From NCBI GenBank assembly GCA_038143065.1, contig JAYQLI010000035.1, positions 2,432,894-2,496,893 on the forward strand: DNA of 64,000 bases. The letters are read 5' to 3'. The notes beneath the pieces are model-generated. The model was not told the origin of the DNA. It did not search any database and saw only the letters and a list, made by a program, of their open reading frames with translations. The stretch's first letter is position 1. Every line of letters begins with the position of its first letter. A program made the translations under genes and the position numbers. Source of the DNA: Rhodospirillales bacterium. GTDB lineage: Bacteria > Pseudomonadota > Alphaproteobacteria > Bin95. Positions 53,288-63,680 of this stretch are shown here, piece by piece.

Positions 53288-54142
53288 GTGGTTGGCGAAG
53301 TTTGGCGCATCGGCGACATAAAAATTAGTCGGATCGTCGAGATTGAAGCGACGGGTGGAATGACGCGTATAATTCCAGATGCTACCCGTGAGCGAGTGAT
53401 GGGTATTCGTTGGCTTTATCCAAATTTTGCTGACGAAGATGGGCGGATGCGTGGTGCTATTCACGCTCTTCTGGTTGAAACACCAGACATGAGCATCCTT
53501 GTTGATACGTGTATTGGTAACGACAAAGATAGAACTGTCCCTGCTTGGAATCATCTGCAAACAGATTTTCTTGATGATTTGAAAACTGCTGGGAAGGCCC
53601 GTGAGGAGATTGATCGGGTTCTTTGCACGCACTTGCACACGGATCATGTTGGTTGGAATACGATGTGGACGGGGTCGGAATGGGTCCCAACATTTCCAAA
53701 CGCACGATATCTCTACGGCGCAAAAGAATTTAGGTTCTGGCAAGAATCTGCTGAGGATGGTCAGGCTCAGGTTATGCAGGATAGCGTGTTACCCGTTTGG
53801 AATGCCGGTTTAGTCGATCTTGTGGAACAAGACGAAAAAATCTGTCCAGAGATAACTCTGATCCCGTCTCCTGGCCATACTCCAGGGCACGTGAGTGTAT
53901 TAATTGAAAGTGAGGGGCAAAGCGCTCTTATCACAGGAGATTTTCTGCATCATCCTGTGCAGATGGCTCATCCAGAATGGTCTAGTTCACCGGATGTAGA
54001 TCGCCCTCAGGCCATTCAAACTAGGAAGATCATGTATAACCGCTTTGCAGATGGCCCGACCCTCATAATAGGGACCCATTTTGCTACCCCTACAGCGGGT
54101 TACATCAAGAAAGATGGTGATGCCTGGCGATTAGAGGTTTAA
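53288..54142 (+). CDS. Metallo-beta-lactamase-fold hydrolase
   Basis: LVDTCIG, THLHTDHVGWN, PGHTPGH, GDFLH, GTHF. Confidence 0.9.
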   Translation: MVGEVWRIGDIKISRIVEIEATGGMTRIIPDATRERVMGIRWLYPNFADEDGRMRGAIHALLVETPDMSILVDTCIGNDKDRTVPAWNHLQTDFLDDLKTAGKAREEIDRVLCTHLHTDHVGWNTMWTGSEWVPTFPNARYLYGAKEFRFWQESAEDGQAQVMQDSVLPVWNAGLVDLVEQDEKICPEITLIPSPGHTPGHVSVLIESEGQSALITGDFLHHPVQMAHPEWSSSPDVDRPQAIQTRKIMYNRFADGPTLIIGTHFATPTAGYIKKDGDAWRLEV

Positions 54143-55457
54143 ATTGTTATCCCTGATTTGATCCAGCACTGGTATCAAGTATTCACGAAATAAGTCTGGG
54201 TTCTCTGACATTGGGAAATGGCCCATGCCGCGCATTACTTCAAAATGTGCTGCTCCAATGAGGTCTGCAACTTCCTTTCCCATCTCTGGTGTAGCAGACG
54301 GATCATACTCACCAGAGAGTAGATAGATCGGGCAAGATGAGGTCGCGTAATGGTTCGGCAAGGCCGTTTCGAAGGTCGCCATCTCTGAAATAATACTGTA
54401 CGTCGCCGTGGAAGATGCCAGGTCCACTTTGCATATAGTGCCACATCGTTTCCCATCGTTCGGAGGCTGGCGATTGAGGCGCGATCATTCCTGCCATTGA
54501 TGCGCCTGATAGCATCCCTCCATGAATATCAGGACGGTGCAGAGCTCGTTCTGGTGGGGTAGGACCTAAGCTAATGTCCTCGGCATACAGTGCAGACTGT
54601 AGGCCTATTGCAGCTCTAAACTTTTCGCTGTGGCGTAAGGCAAGGTGAAGTACAACACGCCCGCCAATGGAACATCCCATAACAATTGGTTTGTCTAGCT
54701 TCATCGCTTTAACAAAAGCCATTATTACTGCCACATAGCTGTCCGTGGTGAGTTCGTATACCTCGTTCTGAAAACCAACCGGTGGGGAAGACTTTCCGTG
54801 CCATGGCAAGTCAAAAGCTATTACACGATGGCGACTAGTTATTACTGGATCGTTTAAAATATGGCGAAATTGCCGTCCATCACTACCAGCCGTATGCAAA
54901 CAAAGTAGAGGGTGCCCAGAACCGGCTTCTTCAAAGTACACGCGGTGAGGAATTCCTTGAATGTCCAAACGAAGATAACGTCCTGTTACGGGTTCTAGGC
55001 CTGCTTGTGCAGGTCTGGGTTCCTGTGCGCCTGCATCGAGCCGGGAAAATAACATCTCCAGCAGCAGCATTTGCTGAAAAAAAAGACCAACATCACCTCC
55101 GACGGTCATATGCTGTCTACGACGCATCGTTGATAGTGTTTGGAAACCTGGTCCAGGTTCATCAGATAGAAAGGCAGCCCAAGTGTCTCTGTCGGCGATC
55201 AGGGAAAAGTTTGTTTTTTCAAGTGGAGGTACCTGGGATAGCTGTAGCTGTCCATTTTTTACTTTGACATAGGTTGTGTCTTCATCAGCTAAGACTGAAA
55301 AGAGAAAGACGAAAGGGATAATAAAAGTTGGATGTGGGGATTTGCTCTTGCTTTTTCTTCTAAGTACGCAAACACGACTTCCAACCTCCTGCAGTGGAAG
55401 ACGAATAATAAACGTCTGTGCTTCTTCTGTCTCCGGTGATTTGAGGGAGGTGGGCAT
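54131..55457 (-). CDS. Alpha/beta hydrolase with an extra N-terminal domain, frameshifted; start uncertain
   Basis: CLHTAGSDGRQF, FDLPWHGKS, MGCSIGG; C-terminus SGEYD and MGHFPMSENP in a shifted frame. Confidence 0.8.
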
Positions 55458-55555
55458 ATAGCGCGATTTAGACCCAAGTTGTTTTTGGAGATCTAAATTT
55501 AAATTGGAACAAAGAATATCGAATAGGTGTCACTAAAAATAGCGGGTTATTTTAT

Positions 55556-56505
55556 TTAAAAACCCTGAGCGGCTGGAGCGTCTGGATTATGAATTGGCAC
55601 CAAAGACTTTAGGTATTCAACGACGGCAGCTACATCCTCATTATCCAGCTTGGAAGTTCCATGTTCGATAACTTCGTACATGATGGAGCCAACAACATCG
55701 CCATTGATTTTCAAGCCAGTGGTGAGAAGGAAGGAAATATCTTCGGAGCTCCATTCTCCTAAGCCCGTTTCGGATCCTGAGTTAAGTTAGGAGCGGTTTC
55801 ACCTTCGGGACCATTTTTAACTCCTGCCATCCACATAGACATGTCCAAGCCGCCCGAGAGAACACGAGGAGTATGGCATTCGCCACAATGAGCAACGGCC
55901 TCCGAGATGTAGGCCCCACGGTTCCACTGACTGCTGCGGTCGAATTTAGGCTCGTAACTGCCTGATGTGAAATGCAGTAACTTCCAAAAACCAATGCCCC
56001 ACCGCTGGTTAAATGGAAAATTTATAGAGTGTTTTTTGTTCGGCGTTTTATAAGGCGGCCGCGCCATTATTGCTTTTTGGATTGCTAACATGTCTGCATC
56101 TGTCATGCGCGTATATGCTGCGTATGGGAATGCAGGAAAATAGTGTTCGCCATCAGGGCTCTGTCCGTGCCTAAGGGCACGTATAAAGTCTTCATTCGAC
56201 CATGCACCGATACCATGTTCACGATCGCTTGAGATATTTGGCGCAATGAAGATACCAAAAGGTGTTTTGAGTTCACGACCTCCGGCGAGTTGTGCTTCTT
56301 TTGTTTTGGGATCGGTATGGCAATTTACACATCCAGCCAGACCCAAAAGAAATTCGCCATGCTCTTTTGAGACTAGAGATGTATCTGTGGGGTAGTTGAT
56401 TTTGACATTCTTGGGGAAATCTATGGCTACAAAGATAAAAATACCCAGCACACCGAGTATGATCGTCAAAAACCCTCTGCGCGCTATTCTCCCCATCTTT
56501 ATCAC
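55556..56505 (-). CDS. Membrane-anchored diheme cytochrome c, frameshifted
   Basis: N-terminal TM helix, GCVNCHT, YFPAFPY, HCGECHTPR, APNLT; shifted C-terminus GLGEWS...SIMYEVI...YLKSL. Confidence 0.85.
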
Positions 56506-56524
56506 CGTTGGAAGCTAATTGGCA

Positions 56525-57379
56525 TTAGGACTCCGTATCCTGGCCTAACCCCAGCATACGGCAAATGGCAGTGGTGAGTTCGGCACGGTTAAGAGTGTAA
56601 AAATGGAATGCATGCACTCCCTCTCGTTCTAACTCTTTGCATTGTTCCACAGCCATCGCAGCTGCGATTCCTGAGCGTGTTTCTACGTCTTCATCTAAGC
56701 CTTCAAAACGCTGAGAAACCCATTTTGGAACTGTTGCGCCGCAGCGGCTAGCGAAAGCCACCATAGATTTGAAGTTAGTTACTGGAAGAATTCCTGGAAT
56801 AATTGGCATCTCTAACTTAGCAGCAGCCATTTTGTCACGATAATGAAGAAAATCCTTGGTCTCGAAAAAGAACTGAGTGATCGCCCGTGTGGCGCCTGCA
56901 TCAAATTTCCGTTTTAGGTTGTCAATTTCAGTCGCTAGGTCGCGAGCTTCAGGATGAGTTTCGGGGTAGGCCGCTACTGAAATTTCAAAGTCATGAAGTT
57001 TTTTCAGTCCAGTGACCAAATCTGATGCGTAGGCGTAGCCGTTAGCCGTTGGTTGATACGCTTGTCCAGGTTCGGGCATATCACCTCTGAGTGCTACGAT
57101 ATGCCGGACGCCCATGGCCCAGTAATCATTTGCTATCTCGTCAACTTCCAAGCTAGTTGCGGACACGCAGGTTAAATGAGCTGCGGCGGTAAGAGACGTC
57201 TCCTGAGTGATTTTGCGCACCGTTTCATGCGTGCGCTCGCGAGTGGTTCCTCCAGCGCCATAAGTTACTGAAACAAACGAGGGTTTAAATGGAGTTAATC
57301 TCTGGACTGATTGCCAAAGCGTTGAGGCCATTCGTTCAGTTTTTGGGGGGAAGAATTCAAAGCTAACAGTTGGTAACAT
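56525..57379 (-). CDS. metF: 5,10-methylenetetrahydrofolate reductase
   Basis: SFEFFPPK, SVTYGAGG, AHLTC, ALRGD, AITQFFF, FHFYTLNR. Confidence 0.96.
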   Translation of the reverse strand: MLPTVSFEFFPPKTERMASTLWQSVQRLTPFKPSFVSVTYGAGGTTRERTHETVRKITQETSLTAAAHLTCVSATSLEVDEIANDYWAMGVRHIVALRGDMPEPGQAYQPTANGYAYASDLVTGLKKLHDFEISVAAYPETHPEARDLATEIDNLKRKFDAGATRAITQFFFETKDFLHYRDKMAAAKLEMPIIPGILPVTNFKSMVAFASRCGATVPKWVSQRFEGLDEDVETRSGIAAAMAVEQCKELEREGVHAFHFYTLNRAELTTAICRMLGLGQDTES

Positions 57380-57387
57380 TTCTTATC

Positions 57388-58338
57388 CTAAGACATCTGA
57401 ATGCCAGATAGGTCTGGTTTTCGAACAAGCCAGATACAGACGGTTAATGGTTCGCCGGGTAAACTTTCTTCGCCAAAAATTTCCAAGCCAGCATCATCAG
57501 TCCATCGTGTAACTTCAGAGGATGCAAAACCCAGGCGTCTATGGGCGTGGTTATGTCTTAAATGGTCGAGAGTATGTGGAGCAAAGTCTACTAGAATTGC
57601 TTCCCCTCCAGGTTTTAGTAGGCGTGCTACTTCCCCAATTGCTTTTGCCGGATTGTCTAAGAAGTGAAGAACTTGATGAGCCGTTATTAGATCGAAGTTT
57701 TCATCATCAAAAGGGGCTGAGTAGAGATCCCCATGTCTTACACTGCAATGTGTTAATCCTGCCGCAGCAATTCTATCGCGTGCTAGGGATAGCATGTCTC
57801 GACTAATATCTAGACCAGCAGCGCGAGAAGCATAAGGGGCAAAGAGTTCTAATATTCGTCCTGCTCCAACGCCAATATCAAGATAATCATCGACAGGCGT
57901 TTTGGGTGCAAGCCGCAGGAGACGTGCCTCCAGTTCTGCCTCGTCAACATGCAGAGAGCGAATGGCATCCCACATTTTGGCGTTTGCTTTAAAGTAGGCT
58001 TCAGCCTCCGTTGCTCTTTGGGAACGGATGTCGGCTAAACGTTCCGCATCACGCCTAAGCACATGTTCATCAGAGTTGGTTGAATTTATTAGCCACTTTG
58101 CCAAGCGCCCTGCTTCACCAGAGTCTGCCAGCCTGTGGAATACCCATGCGCCCTCTCTAAATCGAAATAGGAGACCAGACTCAGAGAGGATTTTGAGATG
58201 CCGAGACACCGCCGGCTGCGTCATGCCAAGAATTTCTGTGATTTCTGTTACGGTCAATTCGCCTTCTGCACAAAGAGCTAACATGCGTAATCGGGTAGCT
58301 TCTGCAGCGGCACGCAACATTGTGATGAGGTGGTTCAA
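57388..58338 (-). CDS. sahR: ArsR-HTH plus SAM-methyltransferase-domain regulator (SahR-like)
   Basis: TRLRML...ELTVTEI...QPAVSRHLKIL (ArsR) followed by LDIGVGAGR, HQVLHFL, VDFAPH; directly upstream of metF; start probably TTG 58338. Confidence 0.8.
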   Translation of the reverse strand: MNHLITMLRAAAEATRLRMLALCAEGELTVTEITEILGMTQPAVSRHLKILSESGLLFRFREGAWVFHRLADSGEAGRLAKWLINSTNSDEHVLRRDAERLADIRSQRATEAEAYFKANAKMWDAIRSLHVDEAELEARLLRLAPKTPVDDYLDIGVGAGRILELFAPYASRAAGLDISRDMLSLARDRIAAAGLTHCSVRHGDLYSAPFDDENFDLITAHQVLHFLDNPAKAIGEVARLLKPGGEAILVDFAPHTLDHLRHNHAHRRLGFASSEVTRWTDDAGLEIFGEESLPGEPLTVCIWLVRKPDLSGIQMS

Positions 58339-58365
58339 AAGAAACTCGCATGGGGATAAAATTAG

Positions 58366-58385
58366 ATATGCAGATATTTGCATAT
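58366..58385. promoter_or_regulatory. 20-bp palindromic operator, probable SahR site
   Basis: ATATGCA-GATATT-TGCATAT, 27 nt upstream of the inferred sahR start. Confidence 0.65.
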
Positions 58386-58544
58386 TGTTAAATGTATATA
58401 AATTCGCAACTTAGACATCAATGTTTGAATTAAAGGTGCGTCACCTTTGCGTTCGACAAGGTGTGTCAGCAAATCCGATACTATTGGCGATTGGGGTAGC
58501 ATTCGTTAAACAAGAACTGGTCACTAGTGAGGTAACCCGGACTA

Positions 58545-59321
58545 ATGAATTTGAAGGCTGCTGGAAGAGTAGGTAAGGCTTGCTTAGCTGCTTTGACAAT
58601 CTTCATGATGGCTGGATGCGCTTCGCTGTCTGAGGACCAAGCAGACCGTGCCGAGACCTTAACCGTAAATGATCCTTTTGAGCCTGCTAACCGGGTCATG
58701 TTCGCCGTTAACAATATTATAGACACAGTGTTGCTGCGACCTATTGCGATAGCGTATCGCGAAATCGTTCCAGGTCCTGCCAAAAAAATAGTGTTCAATT
58801 TTGTTCGCAACTTATCGTTGCCTCTCACAATTATTAATGATGCCTTACAAGGTAATTGGGACAGAGCCGATGTCGCGACTAGACGCTTTGTCGTTAACAC
58901 AACCGCAGGTATCGGTGGCTTGTTCGACATAGCGACAGATATAGATTTGCCTCACCATAAAGAGGATTTTGGACAGACTTTCGGTACTTACGATATCGTT
59001 CCAGGGCCTTATATCGTCCTCCCTATTTTGGGTCCTTCCTCTGCCCGACATACATTTGGGCGAGTTCTGGACTTCCTTCTCGATCCAGTATCATTTGCTT
59101 CTGCAAGTGCCCCCTTCGAAGCCAGGATGACGGTAAGGGGATTGACAATTGTCGACCAAAGGTACCAGTTATTGGGACCTTTGGACGACGTGAAGAGAAC
59201 TTCTCTTGATTATTATGCAGCTTTGCGATCGCTCTACCGTCAGCGGCGGACATACGAAATACGGAATCAGGACCAAAGACCACCAGGCGGCGGTCCGCCT
59301 TCTCGTCCGGCTGCGCAATAG
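58545..59321 (+). CDS. mlaA: MlaA/VacJ outer-membrane lipoprotein
   Basis: Lipobox MAGC, DPFEPANR, RFVVNTTAGIGG, EDFGQT, GPYIVLPILGPS, DYY. Confidence 0.92.
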   Translation: MNLKAAGRVGKACLAALTIFMMAGCASLSEDQADRAETLTVNDPFEPANRVMFAVNNIIDTVLLRPIAIAYREIVPGPAKKIVFNFVRNLSLPLTIINDALQGNWDRADVATRRFVVNTTAGIGGLFDIATDIDLPHHKEDFGQTFGTYDIVPGPYIVLPILGPSSARHTFGRVLDFLLDPVSFASASAPFEARMTVRGLTIVDQRYQLLGPLDDVKRTSLDYYAALRSLYRQRRTYEIRNQDQRPPGGGPPSRPAAQ

Positions 59322-59328
59322 GTTAGTA

Positions 59329-59919
59329 ATGGTTAAGCGGTTTTCTTTTATCGTTGCAATTGCATGCTGGGCGATCCTGCCGTCGCTTGCGAGTGCAGGC
59401 CCAGCTTATGATTTAGTTAATGCCCTCGCCAGCAACTCAACGCCAGTCTTAAACAGTCGTGAGCTATCAAAACCGGTTCGGACTGAGAGGTTGCAAGGAC
59501 TCATGGAAGGCTTGGTAGACCGCGAGCAAATGGCTGTCTCAATGATGGGCAGACATTGGCGCCGTGCTAACCAGAGTCAAAAATCTGAGTTACCAATTCT
59601 TCTCGAAGCCTACCTCATTGATGTTTACGTTAGCCGTATCGAATCGGTAAACGGCACAGTGAGTTTTTCAATCCAGGGTGAACGAGATTTAGGTAAGAGA
59701 ACCTTGGTTGATACACAGGTAGTTCGTCCAAACGCTCCCAACATTGATGTGTCCTGGCAAATTGAGGCCATCGGTGGGAAACCAGTTATCACTGATATAA
59801 TAATTGAGGGTGTGAGTTTAGTCGTGAGCCAACGAGCAGACTTTTCGAGCATCATTCGTCAGCAAGGCGGTTTAGACGGACTTATTGGACTTTTGCGTCA
59901 AAAGCTGGCCTCTAATTGA
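59329..59919 (+). CDS. mlaC: MlaC/Ttg2D phospholipid-binding periplasmic protein
   Basis: Signal peptide, MGRHWR, DIIIEGVSLVVSQRADF; follows mlaA. Confidence 0.85.
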   Translation: MVKRFSFIVAIACWAILPSLASAGPAYDLVNALASNSTPVLNSRELSKPVRTERLQGLMEGLVDREQMAVSMMGRHWRRANQSQKSELPILLEAYLIDVYVSRIESVNGTVSFSIQGERDLGKRTLVDTQVVRPNAPNIDVSWQIEAIGGKPVITDIIIEGVSLVVSQRADFSSIIRQQGGLDGLIGLLRQKLASN

Positions 59920-59991
59920 ATTATACCGTGAAGGGCTAAATATTTTATCTAGATGGCCTAACGGGATCTCCCAGATACGGATCATAAACTG

Positions 59992-61050
59992 ATGGTTGCC
60001 CCTATTAGCACAACCTCCGACTGGCTTACTCATGAAGGGATGATCATTGATGCTCGGAGCCCATCGGAGTTCAAGGATGATCATGTTACGGGCGCAGTAA
60101 ATCTACCTGTTCTCTATGATGATGAGCGAGCAGATGTTGGACGTATTTACAAGCAGGTCAGCCCGTTTGAGGCCCGTAAGCTTGGCGCTCGCCTGGCAGC
60201 TATAAATATTGCACGCCATATCGAAACAACACTCAGTCAGTATGATAAAAGCTGGCGTCCTCTGATCTATTGCTGGCGTGGCGGCCAGAGATCTGGCTCA
60301 ATGGCTAGAATTCTGGCTGAGATTGGATGGCTCGTAACAGTATTGGATGGAGGATATAAAAGATATCGACGGGATGTTGTGGATTCTATCGAGGAAATAT
60401 CATCAAAACTTGATGTGATTATACTTCAAGGACCTACTGGGACGGCAAAAACCCAAATTCTTCGTGAAGTTATGGCCTCAGGACATCAGGCTATCGACCT
60501 GGAGGGACTTTCGAGACATCGTGGTTCTCTCCTTGGCCATGAACCAGGACACCCTCAACCCAGCCAGCGATTGTTTGAAACTAGCCTTAACCAAGTCATG
60601 TTGAAGTTAGATCCCAGCAGACCCGTGCTTATTGAGGCCGAAAGTAGCCGTATTGGATCCTGCCACATCCCCTGGGTGCTCTGGCAAAGGATGCAAAAAG
60701 CCCCGCAAATCCGAATTAATGCGTCGCTTGACGCTAGAGTTGATTTCCTAATTCGTGATTATGCGCATCTAATAGAAAATCCCTCAACACTGAACCGTCT
60801 TTTCGACAGCATGATACAGAGACACGGTCATGAAATCTGTGAAAACTGGCGCCAACTTGCTCTTAACAGGGATTGGCAGCAGCTGACAGGATTGCTTATT
60901 GAGCAGCACTATGACCCGGCTTATGCAAGGACGAGTGCAAGACGCGAAAGGGCTGATCTTGGCTTTATAGATGCTGGTAACCTTAGCGATCCAGCCATTC
61001 CAGAATTGGCAAGGCAAGTGACGAAATTGATGGAAATACCCCAACAATAA
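59992..61050 (+). CDS. mnmH: tRNA 2-selenouridine(34) synthase
   Basis: Rhodanese IIDARSPSEF...YCWRGGQRS plus P-loop GPTGTAKT, DLEGLSRHRGS, QPSQRLFE, EAESSRIG, HYDPAY. Confidence 0.93.
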   Translation: MVAPISTTSDWLTHEGMIIDARSPSEFKDDHVTGAVNLPVLYDDERADVGRIYKQVSPFEARKLGARLAAINIARHIETTLSQYDKSWRPLIYCWRGGQRSGSMARILAEIGWLVTVLDGGYKRYRRDVVDSIEEISSKLDVIILQGPTGTAKTQILREVMASGHQAIDLEGLSRHRGSLLGHEPGHPQPSQRLFETSLNQVMLKLDPSRPVLIEAESSRIGSCHIPWVLWQRMQKAPQIRINASLDARVDFLIRDYAHLIENPSTLNRLFDSMIQRHGHEICENWRQLALNRDWQQLTGLLIEQHYDPAYARTSARRERADLGFIDAGNLSDPAIPELARQVTKLMEIPQQ

Positions 61051-61174
61051 AAAATACTTTTTTGTGTCATCTGCCCACCACTTGTCTGAGATAACATTCC
61101 TGCCTTCACCGGCAGCTAAGCGATAGAACACCCAATTTCTTCCAGCCTGGCCGTTCGTTGTCCAATTATAGATT

Positions 61175-62873
61175 TTACTGTGTCTTTAATTGTGTGACTT
61201 TTCCATTTTGTACTTCAAAAAGACAATCTGCTATTGCGGTCCAAGCTGGCCGGTGCGTGATTGCGATAATAGTGTATTTTCCCTGCAGCGTTTGGATGTT
61301 TTTCACGATCGCTGCCTCGGTTTGTGGGTCGAGCGCACTAGTCACTTCATCTAAAATTAAGACTTCCGGTTCAGTAGCCAATGCGCGGGCAATAGAGATA
61401 CGTTGCCTCTGACCCCCGGAGAGTTTTCCACCAGTTTCTCCAACTACAGAATTGAGTCCCTTAGATTGCCCTTCAACAAATGCCCGAGCGCTAACTTGGT
61501 CTAGGGCAGTCCATATCGCTTCATCTGAAATTTCTGGATCGCCTAGAGATATATTTTCTCTAATGCTGGTGTGTAAAAGAGTAAGTTCCTGCGGAACATA
61601 GCCAATTTTTTTTCGCCATTCCTGAATATCAATATTTTCTATTGATGTGTTACCAATCAGGACTTGACCGCTGTCAGCCTTATAAAGACCGATTAACAAA
61701 TCAAGAATTGTAGTTTTTCCTGCTCCAGAGGGGCCCATGAAAACTGTAATTTTTCCAGAAGGTATGGTGAGAGAAAGATCATTTACTACAAGATGGTCAC
61801 CATGGCTGAAGCGCACATTTTGAAATCTAAAATCGCGATTGGTCTGAGGTAAGGTTTTTCCAGCCCAGTCTTCGTGGTTTGCATCAGCTTCCGCAATCAA
61901 CTCTTCTGATCGCAAATATGCACTTTCTAATTGCACCGAATTCTGTAAAAAGCGCTGAAGTTTTTTGTAAGATTGAAATCAGTTGGAAAAATACGATGCC
62001 TGAAACTATCAGCTCTGGTAAGGGCACCGCCCAAATATTGTGAGCCATATAAATTGCCAAAGCGATGACAATAACAATTAAAACATCGCCTCCCTGAAGC
62101 ATTCCTTGCTTAGCAATTTCTCTTTTTACCAATGAGCGCTGCAGCCTGCTGAGTGCATGGGTCATGGCGTCAAGAGAAACCCGCCACCGGTCCATGGTTT
62201 TGAGCGGTTTAATATTGCTTAGCATGTCCACCGTATGGATAGTTAGGTCAGCCGTTCGTCCGGTTTGTCGGTCGCCGGCTTTACGGGACATAGTCACTAG
62301 GCCCCCAAGAGTGCACGTTACAATGGCACCGCACGCGATGCCTCCTAGAGCTAATTTCCAATCAACCATCAACGCTACAGTCATGTAGCCAAGTGCTTGA
62401 ACACTGTACGCAACGACGCGAGCTGCATGCACATATGCGTCACCAGCACGACCTGCATCATTTGCGACCGTATTTGCAAAACGACCACGACTTTGGTCGG
62501 AGTAAAATGTCCAGCGTGCGCTAAATATGGCAGCAATCAAACGCCGCCGAAGGTCAGTTGCTACTCGGGCGGCTGCTATCCCTGCATAGGTAAGGGCGAA
62601 GAAAGATAGGCAACCCTTCACAAGCATAAATATGCATACAAAACTGAGCATAACGCCCAGAGTTGGATTTAAGCCAACCCTTAAGATAAACTCTCTAACA
62701 ACTGCATTCAGGCCCGAAGAATTATCAGTTTCACCGCCGGACATGGAGGTAACGGCCGGCAGCAATGTTGAGATGCTGGCTATCTCAGCAATGCCCCCAA
62801 TAATTAGGCAGGCAAGAACCAGCCACGGATTGGTGTCGCGAGCAAAGAAAAAGATTTTGAAAACAGTGCGCAT
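61175..62873 (-). CDS. ABC exporter, fused permease/ATPase, frameshifted
   Basis: N-terminal TM domain (61884..62873) plus GPSGAGKT, LSGGQRQR, ILDEVTSALD (61175..61936). Confidence 0.88.
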
Positions 62874-62939
62874 ATGTGCTCCAGCCCACTGTATCGTAAG
62901 CTTACGTTATCTACTGCTAGGTTAGCTTGCCCGTCAAAT

Positions 62940-63644
62940 TTAAACCAACAATTCGGCTAATTCTTTTAGATCGGTCACTATCAGGTCGGGCTGCTGAGGC
63001 CAGTCCCCAAAGGGGCGCTTGCGCCTATCAATAAATGCTGAACGCATCCCAAAAGACTTCGCACCGACACAGTCAAAAGCATGGTTTGCAACAAAAAGTA
63101 TGCTTGAGCGGTCTACGCCTAAGATTTCTGTAGCGGTGCAGTAAGTTTTCCAATGCGGTTTAAAATAACCAGCCTCTTGGACGGAAATCACATTGTCAAA
63201 AGGAATGCCTATATGAGGTTTTGCTGCTTCCAGCATGTCTCTATCGCCATTCGAAAGAATAGCTAACTTATAGCACTTTTGTAGTCGAGACAGGGCGGAT
63301 TTTGCATCTGCAAATGGCTTTAATTTTTCTATGAGTCCCACAAGCCAACAAACTTCTTCTTGGGTATAAACAACACCAGCTCTATCCATGACGTGACTTA
63401 CTGCTCTATGGCCAATTTCTCGGTAAGGTGTGTGCCCACGATCACAAAGTGCGTCGATCATCGAGTTTTCGAAATGTGTCCTCCGCCACCAAGTTACGAA
63501 ACTATTAGGTTTTCCAGCCCAGCCTTTTGACTTCAGAAAAGGGGTAACAGCCTCTGTAAGGCCTGTTTGCATATCAACGACTGTTCCATAAAGGTCGAAA
63601 ACTAAATAATGGATTTCACGCTTAAGGATTGCGGCGTCTGTCAT
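62940..63644 (-). CDS. Haloacid dehalogenase, type II
   Basis: VFDLYGTVVD, WWRRTH, ILSNG, FKPHWKTY, FVANHAFDCVGA. Confidence 0.85.
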   Translation of the reverse strand: MTDAAILKREIHYLVFDLYGTVVDMQTGLTEAVTPFLKSKGWAGKPNSFVTWWRRTHFENSMIDALCDRGHTPYREIGHRAVSHVMDRAGVVYTQEEVCWLVGLIEKLKPFADAKSALSRLQKCYKLAILSNGDRDMLEAAKPHIGIPFDNVISVQEAGYFKPHWKTYCTATEILGVDRSSILFVANHAFDCVGAKSFGMRSAFIDRRKRPFGDWPQQPDLIVTDLKELAELLV

Positions 63645-63680
63645 AAATATTCCTGCTGTAAAAGTTGGCTGGCTAGCGTC

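Noticed and set aside
242-62925. Many short ORF-track entries antisense to or overlapping real genes (e.g. 887..1216, 29101..29469, 32437..32874, 53189..53743, 58481..58930)
   Set aside because: Shadow ORFs of well-supported genes with no recognisable motifs.
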